This document shows, one piece after another, positions 34,381 to 39,689 of a stretch of 39,689 bases of DNA. Source of the DNA: Candidatus Woesearchaeota archaeon (GTDB taxonomy: Archaea; Nanobdellota; Nanobdellia; Pacearchaeales; GW2011-AR1); the NCBI GenBank assembly GCA_964462045.1, contig CAYWWB010000004.1, forward strand, positions 1-39,689, written 5' to 3'. The translations under genes and the position numbers were made by a program. The notes beneath the pieces were generated by a model. It was not told where the DNA came from and did not search any database. It saw nothing but the letters and a program-made list of their open reading frames with translations. Each line of letters begins with the position of its first letter. Position 1 is the first letter of the stretch.

Positions 34381-34870
34381 TGTAATTGCTTGATTTATTT
34401 TGTTTATTTTGTGGAACGTATGCAAGAATAATTCCGCATCCTGCTCCTGCTGCTCCACCACCCCCGCCTCCTGAAGATCCTCCAAATCCACCAAATCCAC
34501 TGCTTTTCTTACTCTCATCAATTTCCCATGACTTAATTGGTTTTTCCTCATTTAATTTTTCTACTAATTTTTCTATTGCTCCTTTTTCTGGTCCGTGTTT
34601 TCCTCTTCCAATTTTATACTTTAACTTTCCTATAATACTTGAATCAGGCAAGTAATCAACATTCTTTTTTGATGAATCTCTCTGAATTGCTTTTGAAACC
34701 AAGTATTTTTGTAATTCTTTGTTTGGAGTTACTTCGTAGTTTTTATTTGTTTCACTTCTAACTGGTTTGTATTTTCCTGCAAAATCTGGATTGGGCTGAT
34801 ATTTTGGTTCTGCCTTACTTGATACTAGAAGATTTCTTTCATACTTTGCTAGGTGTTTTTTGTTTGTCAT
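34373..34870 (-). CDS. Hypothetical 165-aa basic protein with a C-terminal poly-Gly tract and hydrophobic end
   Basis: MTNKKHLAKYE...; C-terminal SSGFGGFGGSSGGGGGGAAGAGCGIILAYV. Confidence 0.6.
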   Translation of the reverse strand: MTNKKHLAKYERNLLVSSKAEPKYQPNPDFAGKYKPVRSETNKNYEVTPNKELQKYLVSKAIQRDSSKKNVDYLPDSSIIGKLKYKIGRGKHGPEKGAIEKLVEKLNEEKPIKSWEIDESKKSSGFGGFGGSSGGGGGGAAGAGCGIILAYVPQNKQNKSSNYNG

Positions 34871-34883
34871 TTTATTCTGTTAT

Positions 34884-35330
34884 TTATTTAATTGAGTCTT
34901 GGATCTTTGATAATGCTTCAAATAGTTGCTTGTTTTTTTCATCCAGTTTTCTATTTGTTTCCTTTGTTTCTCTAATGTATTTCTGTAATGCTTCATCATT
35001 CTTGTATTTTTTATTTAACAAAGGACCAGAACTATATTCTCCAATTCCTACACCATATAAACTTCCGATGTCTCTTTCAAGATTACTTCCTGCTACTCTG
35101 TCAGCAAGAGTATTTCCTGAATTCTCTTCAACAGACTCTGGCTCTAATTCAATACCCGAAGGATTGTTTTTTTCTTTATAATTTTTTGGAGCGTCATCTT
35201 CTGAATTCATAGTAAGGCTCAAAATTTCTCTAACACTTAGATAGTCTTTTCTTTTCAATTCTTTCTCATGTTCAGGGCTGGGAATTTCATTATCTCTTAC
35301 TGCTTCCCAATCATACTTCATCTCTTTCAT
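34884..35330 (-). CDS. Hypothetical 148-aa acidic/helical protein
   Basis: ATGA overlap with the upstream gene. No motif recognised. Confidence 0.55.
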   Translation of the reverse strand: MKEMKYDWEAVRDNEIPSPEHEKELKRKDYLSVREILSLTMNSEDDAPKNYKEKNNPSGIELEPESVEENSGNTLADRVAGSNLERDIGSLYGVGIGEYSSGPLLNKKYKNDEALQKYIRETKETNRKLDEKNKQLFEALSKIQDSIK

Positions 35331-35836
35331 TTTGTCTTTTCCTCCTGTATTTTTTGTTCTAATGCTTTTCTGATTTTCTTTGAATGTTCCCCAGTTAAAT
35401 TGTCATATGCCTTGTTTATCCTTTCTCCAGTTATTCCCCTTACTTCACCAAATGCTTCAGTCTGTTTGGAATTCATATACTCTGTCAATCCAAGTTCATA
35501 CATATTATCTTCCATTGTTTTACATACTCCGCATTCCGGATTGTGAACTATATAACCCATTCCTCCTTCAAAACCATCTATTTGATGTAAAGGTAGTAAG
35601 TCTTCTTTCTTTAGATAATTGGACATAACAAGTCTTTCATCTCCATTTTCAGCTGAGCTTATTTCCTCAATTATGTCGTCAATGTCTAATTGCACATCTT
35701 TTCCGTAATTTATTTCCCATGCTTTATTAAATGCTTTACTTTCAACTCTACTTTCTATATTCTCTTTCAGCTTAGAGTATTTTTCCTTAAGTTCTTTAAG
35801 TCCTTCTTGTTTTTTTGTATATTTTTTGTTTGTCAT
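35327..35836 (-). CDS. Hypothetical 169-aa protein
   Basis: MTNKKYTKKQEG...; single CGVC pair. Starts 1 nt after the upstream stop. Confidence 0.55.
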   Translation of the reverse strand: MTNKKYTKKQEGLKELKEKYSKLKENIESRVESKAFNKAWEINYGKDVQLDIDDIIEEISSAENGDERLVMSNYLKKEDLLPLHQIDGFEGGMGYIVHNPECGVCKTMEDNMYELGLTEYMNSKQTEAFGEVRGITGERINKAYDNLTGEHSKKIRKALEQKIQEEKTK

Positions 35837-35837
35837 T

Positions 35838-36227
35838 TTATCTTCTCATTTGATAATTTACTTTAGATTCATAGTTATTTGTAGGGTTGTAACTAGCAGG
35901 GCCAATGTTTTCTACTTTAGCACTGTCATATTGTTTTTGAACTGGTTCAGGATTGTAATTATTTTGCCAAGTAGGAGAGATACAGTAAAAAGCAGCGGCA
36001 GTTCCAATAGTTGCAAAGCTCACAGCTATAGCTGTTTTTACTCTTTCTCCTAAATCTTTTTCAAACAAAGAGCTAGTTGGTTTTTTTGTGAAACCAGTAG
36101 GTCTCTTAGTGAAACCCTTAGTTTTCCTAAATCCTTTCTTTCTCTTGTTAAATCCTTTTGTGTTTGTTTTGTTTGTCATTTTATTTTTTGTTTTTTGTTT
36201 ATTTGGATGATATTTTGTTATCATCAT
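35838..36227 (-). CDS. Hypothetical membrane protein with a basic (T/K)KGF(N/R/T)K repeat N-terminus and one TM helix
   Basis: TKGFNKRKKGFRKTKGFTKRPTGFTKKPT, then TM AIAVSFATIGTAAAFYCI. The ATG at 36227 lies 23 nt from the TATA box at 36251..36258. An alternative internal start is at 36179 (MTNKTN...). Confidence 0.55.
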   Translation of the reverse strand: MMITKYHPNKQKTKNKMTNKTNTKGFNKRKKGFRKTKGFTKRPTGFTKKPTSSLFEKDLGERVKTAIAVSFATIGTAAAFYCISPTWQNNYNPEPVQKQYDSAKVENIGPASYNPTNNYESKVNYQMRR

Positions 36228-36250
36228 GTAATGAATACAATTACAAAGAT

Positions 36251-36258
36251 TATTTAAA
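36251..36258 (-). promoter_or_regulatory. TATA box (minus-strand TTTAAATA) 23 nt upstream of the ATG at 36227 of the orphan operon
   Basis: Lies in the 95-nt divergent intergenic region shared with the TrmB gene. Confidence 0.4.
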
Positions 36259-36285
36259 TGTTACCCTCCTACAAGTGTAGAGTAA

Positions 36286-36302
36286 TAGAAAGATTTATAT
36301 AT
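36286..36302 (+). promoter_or_regulatory. BRE/TATA (tagaaaga-TTTATATAT) 20 nt upstream of the TrmB-family gene ATG
   Basis: Sequence and spacing match the other promoters. Confidence 0.45.
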
Positions 36303-36322
36303 TCTCGGAATTATGGAGGATT

Positions 36323-37069
36323 ATGATTGAAAATGTATTGAGAGAAATAGGACTTACACAGAATGAGATTAAAGCATATCTTGCTTTATTAGATTTAGGA
36401 GAATCAAAAACCGGAGATATCTTGAAAGAGTCAGGACTTAATTCAGGTAAGATATATGAAATTCTGGATTCCCTCCATAAAAAAGGGCTAGTGTCCTATA
36501 TTACAAAATCAGGTGTGAAATATTTTAGTCCTGCAAACCCTAAAAGGCTTCTGGATTATCTGGAGGAGAAAAAAGAGAACATAAAAAAGCAGGAAGAGGA
36601 TTATAAAGATATTTTACCGCAGCTAATGAACAAGGTTTCTTCAACAAAATCAGAATCAAAAATAGAAGTTTTTACAGGATTAAAAGGGATGAAAAATGCT
36701 CATTTAAAAGAGCTTGAATTCCCTAAATCAGAGACTGTATATGTTTTAGGAGTAGGTCCTGCTGAAAAATACAAAAAAGAAATATGGGATTTCTTTGTAT
36801 ATAATCTTGAACCTAAAAGAGAAGAAAAAGGACATGAGGTAAGAAAATTACTAACAGAAGATGCAAGAGGAAGTGAAAAAGCTCATGGAAAACACGCTAA
36901 AATCAGATATTTGCCTTATGCTTCTTTAGTATCAATGAATATTGTGGGTAATCTAACAACAATAGGTTTATTTACAAAAGAACTTATTTTTATATCAATA
37001 GAAAGCCAGGAAATAGCAGACAGTTTCAAGGAACAGTTCAACAATCTCTGGAAGATTGCTAAGGATTAG
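36323..37069 (+). CDS. TrmB-family transcriptional regulator (N-terminal wHTH plus C-terminal domain)
   Basis: LREIGLTQNEIKAYLALLDLGESKTGDILKESGLNSGKIYEILDSLHKKGLVSYI is a typical TrmB HTH. Divergent from the orphan operon, with a 95-nt shared intergenic region. Confidence 0.85.
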   Translation: MIENVLREIGLTQNEIKAYLALLDLGESKTGDILKESGLNSGKIYEILDSLHKKGLVSYITKSGVKYFSPANPKRLLDYLEEKKENIKKQEEDYKDILPQLMNKVSSTKSESKIEVFTGLKGMKNAHLKELEFPKSETVYVLGVGPAEKYKKEIWDFFVYNLEPKREEKGHEVRKLLTEDARGSEKAHGKHAKIRYLPYASLVSMNIVGNLTTIGLFTKELIFISIESQEIADSFKEQFNNLWKIAKD

Positions 37070-37305
37070 GTTTTTTACCAATGCATCACATTAATATAAA
37101 CAGGAGATTTAGTTGAAAGAACTTTTTTTATGAAATTGTCTTTTTTCTTAGTTCAGGTGGGCTTTTATCCATCCCATAAAATTTGAGGTGCGCGCTCTTT
37201 TTTGCTTTTTTCTTTTTAAAGAAGAAGATGAAGGGTTCTTATTTTGCTTCTTTTTCTAAAAGAAGGTTCCGTTAAGTTTTAATATTAGAAAAACTAAGAA
37301 AGTTT

Positions 37306-37917
37306 ATGAAAGAATCACACCCTTGGGTAAAAGCTGAAAGAGAGTTTTATAAAAAGATGTATGGGGATTTAGTGAGAGACTTAGATTTATCAAAACCAAT
37401 CTCTGTTTTAGATTATGGTGCAGGAACTGGAGGATTTGCAGGTTTTTTAGCAGAATACAATCCACAAATAAAAGTTACTGCTGTTGATTCAAATCCTGAA
37501 GCAGTTAAATTGGGAAGAGAACACTACCAACATCTTCCTAATTTAGAATTTCTTGTCTCAGATGAAATTCCAAAAGGAAATTATGATTTAATTTTCAAAA
37601 ATTTAGTTTTGCATGAACTTAGTGGAAAAGGAGACAAGAAAACCATTACATCTTTTTTAAAAAAAGCCCATAAGTATTTGAAAGATGAAGGACTAGTTTC
37701 TGTTTTAGATAACAGAAAAATCCCCGAAGAAGACTTTAAACAAATCTATGAAAATAACCAAAGTAGAAGAAAGGGGACTTTTGAAGAAGAGTATCAGGAA
37801 CATAATAGATATACTATGAAAGATTGGCAAGAGATGTTAGAAAAATCTGGATTTTATACGGAAAAACATGCAGAACTTCCACCAAATCTGTTTCATTACA
37901 GAGGTCGGAAGAAATAA
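37306..37917 (+). CDS. Class I SAM-dependent methyltransferase
   Basis: Motif I VLDYGAGTGGFAGFLAE, then DLIFKNLVLHEL and LKDEGLVSV. Confidence 0.8.
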   Translation: MKESHPWVKAEREFYKKMYGDLVRDLDLSKPISVLDYGAGTGGFAGFLAEYNPQIKVTAVDSNPEAVKLGREHYQHLPNLEFLVSDEIPKGNYDLIFKNLVLHELSGKGDKKTITSFLKKAHKYLKDEGLVSVLDNRKIPEEDFKQIYENNQSRRKGTFEEEYQEHNRYTMKDWQEMLEKSGFYTEKHAELPPNLFHYRGRKK

Positions 37918-37919
37918 TT

Positions 37920-37933
37920 TCGGCGTAAGCCGA
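37920..37933 (+). terminator. Stem-loop with GNRA-type loop (tcggc-gtaa-gccga) directly after the methyltransferase stop
   Basis: A 5-bp GC-rich stem starts 3 nt after the TAA at 37915..37917. Function as a terminator or processing signal is inferred only. Confidence 0.3.
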
Positions 37934-38123
37934 CAAATTGTCCGAAGGACTAAGAACCCCTCAAAGTAAATGAAAAATTTGGGTGTAACGAAGTGAAACC
38001 TTTTATCGTTTGTTAAGCGAAATTTTCCCAAAATTTCGAGAGAGTTTTTTTGGTTCGATAAAAGAAGTTTTTCTATTTTTGTCGAAGACAAAAACTATCT
38101 GTGCGTAGCACTAGCGCGCTTCT

Positions 38124-38174
38124 TTGGGTGGGACTTATCAATTAGAGATTTAAATTTTTAGCAGAAGAAAAAAT
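38124..38174. repeat. 51-nt exact direct repeat, copy 1 (copy 2 at 39010..39060)
   Basis: ttgggtgggacttatcaattagagatttaaatttttagcagaagaaaaaat is identical at both sites, 886 nt apart, flanking ORF 38278..39009. Confidence 0.95.
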
Positions 38175-38277
38175 CGAGATTTTGCGAAGCAAAATCGGAG
38201 GAGTAGCGATTGCTATTTTAGGGGGAGGGATTAGGCATGTGCGATAACTTAATAAAAACCCAATATTTCTAAATATT

Positions 38278-39009
38278 ATGAATGTTCAAAAAGCAAAATC
38301 TCAAATAAAAAAATTAGCAGAAGAGTTTGATTTAAAATATAAGCCAAATTGGTTTAAACATTTATGGATTTCTGTGAGGCATGAAATTTTAACAGAATAT
38401 ATTGGAACTTGCCCAGATCCAATTTATCAAAAATACGGAAAAACCGCAGAACAAAGAATAAAAAATATTGATAAATTTGTAAATTCAAAAGATTTCAAGG
38501 ATTGTCTAAAAAGATATGGTGGGCAAGTTTCACAAAAAAGCAAGTTAAAGCAAGAAGAAAAATGGATTAAACAAATTAAGAATGAAGAATTGAAAAACGA
38601 GCTTTTAAAATTTCATGCTAAACTAAAAAACCAATTTGGAGAAAATGATTTTTTGGCTCTTCTGACAATACCAAGAAATAAAAAAGAAAAAGAATGGCAA
38701 ATGAGATTTTGCTTGAGGCACGAATGGATTCACATTTTATTGGACAAAAATAAAATTCAATTTCAGGAAATTGCTAAAAAATATTGGCCATATGACGAGG
38801 GAATAAATGAATACATGGGTGCCTATTTAGATGGCACATTGGATAAGTTAGAAAAATTTAGGGACAAAGAAAATTATCCAATGGAAAAGAAAAATTGGGT
38901 TTATGCTATAAAATTGAGAGAATTGTTTAAAAATAAAAAAACTCCAAAGGAAAGAAAAAAAGCACTTCTCGATTTGATTTCTAATTTAAAAAATCGAGCA
39001 CATGCCTAA
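38278..39009 (+). CDS. Hypothetical 243-aa protein with an HExxH motif (possible metallopeptidase-like)
   Basis: LRHEWIHILL contains HEWIH. Lys-rich helical protein. The stop codon abuts repeat copy 2. Confidence 0.55.
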   Translation: MNVQKAKSQIKKLAEEFDLKYKPNWFKHLWISVRHEILTEYIGTCPDPIYQKYGKTAEQRIKNIDKFVNSKDFKDCLKRYGGQVSQKSKLKQEEKWIKQIKNEELKNELLKFHAKLKNQFGENDFLALLTIPRNKKEKEWQMRFCLRHEWIHILLDKNKIQFQEIAKKYWPYDEGINEYMGAYLDGTLDKLEKFRDKENYPMEKKNWVYAIKLRELFKNKKTPKERKKALLDLISNLKNRAHA

Positions 39010-39060
39010 TTGGGTGGGACTTATCAATTAGAGATTTAAATTTTTAGCAGAAGAAAAAAT
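39010..39060. repeat. 51-nt exact direct repeat, copy 2
   Basis: See copy 1 at 38124..38174. Confidence 0.95.
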
Positions 39061-39107
39061 TCGACTTAACAGAGCTTATATCTAATTTCAAATAATTTCT
39101 TAATTTG

Positions 39108-39124
39108 CGAAAAGCTATTAAATA
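39108..39124 (+). promoter_or_regulatory. BRE/TATA (cgaaaagc-TATTAAATA) 20 nt upstream of the GNAT ATG
   Basis: Sequence and spacing match the other promoters. Confidence 0.45.
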
Positions 39125-39144
39125 CACGCTTTTTTATTCTTATT

Positions 39145-39609
39145 ATGGTAGAAATTAGAAAAGCAAATCTTCAAGATGCAAATTCAATCAGTCAAATGAT
39201 GACTGAAAATATTAATTTACTTTCTTCAAAAAGTTATTCAAAAGAACAAATTTCGGCAATGAAAAAATATGTTTCTGAAGAAAATATAAAAAAATACATC
39301 AAAGATTTTGAAGTTTTCATTGCCTTAGATAATAATGAAGTTGTTGGCACGATTTCTTTTGATAAAGATTTAATTTTCTCTGTTTATGTTAAAGGTTCAA
39401 CAAATTTTATTGATAAAGGAATCGGAGATGAAATGTTAAAATTTGTAGAAAGCTATGCAAAGAAATTAGGAGAAAATAAAATCTCTGTTATTTCAATGCC
39501 AACAACAAAAACTTTTTTTGAAGAAAGAGGATACAAAGTTGTGGAAGATTTGCTATTAGATTTTGATGGCGTGGATTTTCCAGAATTTAAATTAAGTAAG
39601 AATATTTAA
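39145..39609 (+). CDS. GNAT-family N-acetyltransferase
   Basis: Size and pattern (IRKANLQDANSI..., VVGTISF..., GIGDEMLKFVESYAKKLG, ...FFEERGYK) fit GNAT motifs A and B. Confidence 0.75.
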   Translation: MVEIRKANLQDANSISQMMTENINLLSSKSYSKEQISAMKKYVSEENIKKYIKDFEVFIALDNNEVVGTISFDKDLIFSVYVKGSTNFIDKGIGDEMLKFVESYAKKLGENKISVISMPTTKTFFEERGYKVVEDLLLDFDGVDFPEFKLSKNI

Positions 39610-39689
39610 CGGAAATTATTTGAAACTCTGCGGTTTTTTCTGCAAATTTCAATTGTTCTTTAGAAATATCTATTCCGGTAACTTTTGCA
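39587..39689 (-). pseudogene. Truncated or divergent copy of the 32860..33600 methyltransferase (N-terminal part; continues beyond the window)
   Basis: The minus-strand frame reads ...AKVTGIDISKEQLKFAEKTAEFQIISVKYSYLI*. The first 18 residues are identical to the full-length gene, followed by divergence and an early stop that overlaps the GNAT 3' end. Confidence 0.45.

Noticed and set aside
37837-38091. 84-aa minus-strand ORF overlapping the methyltransferase 3' end
   Set aside because: It overlaps a well-supported gene and crosses the hairpin-rich non-coding region, and it has no recognisable features. It could be a decayed remnant, but it is not called.
1-39689. Diversity-generating retroelement, which is known in DPANN archaea and would fit the surface-protein context
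   Set aside because: No reverse transcriptase gene is present, and I saw no template/variable repeat pair with adenine-specific mismatches. All long repeats found are perfect copies.

Overview
Very AT-rich, tightly packed 39.7 kb archaeal segment. Archaeal markers are ribosomal proteins L35Ae (eL33) and L10e (uL16), Kae1, a TrmB-type regulator, and BRE/TATA boxes about 20-23 nt upstream of many start codons. The small genes, 4-nt overlaps, many orphan ORFs and huge surface proteins suggest a DPANN-type (Woese-/Pace-/Nanoarchaeota-like) genome; this lineage call is inference. Recognisable genes: a SERCA-like P-type ATPase, a DUF362/4Fe-4S protein, a CxxCxxCC protein, a small AEP primase-like protein, DUF167, an MBL hydrolase, two HExxH proteins, DUF192, a radical SAM/SPASM enzyme, two paralogous Pol-beta-type nucleotidyltransferases, a TIM-barrel protein with an insertion, an ABC exporter, a P-loop kinase-like protein, two class I methyltransferases and a GNAT. 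Accessory or unusual content: (1) a surface-protein cluster ending in a ~1700-aa Cys/Asp-rich giant protein; (2) a secreted beta-barrel-like plus Ig-repeat operon; (3) a protein gene sandwiched between tRNA-Val and tRNA-Gly with 2-nt and 19-nt spacers, flanked by perfect 95-bp and 90-bp repeats that carry tRNA-end fragments; (4) two arrays of tightly coupled orphan small ORFs, one divergent from the TrmB regulator; (5) a ~6.3 kb block bounded by a 55-nt direct repeat derived from a methyltransferase gene; (6) an HExxH gene flanked by 51-bp direct repeats. No rRNA, CRISPR array, cas gene, integrase, transposase or reverse transcriptase was recognised. All coordinates, repeat lengths and motif counts were read by hand, without computation.
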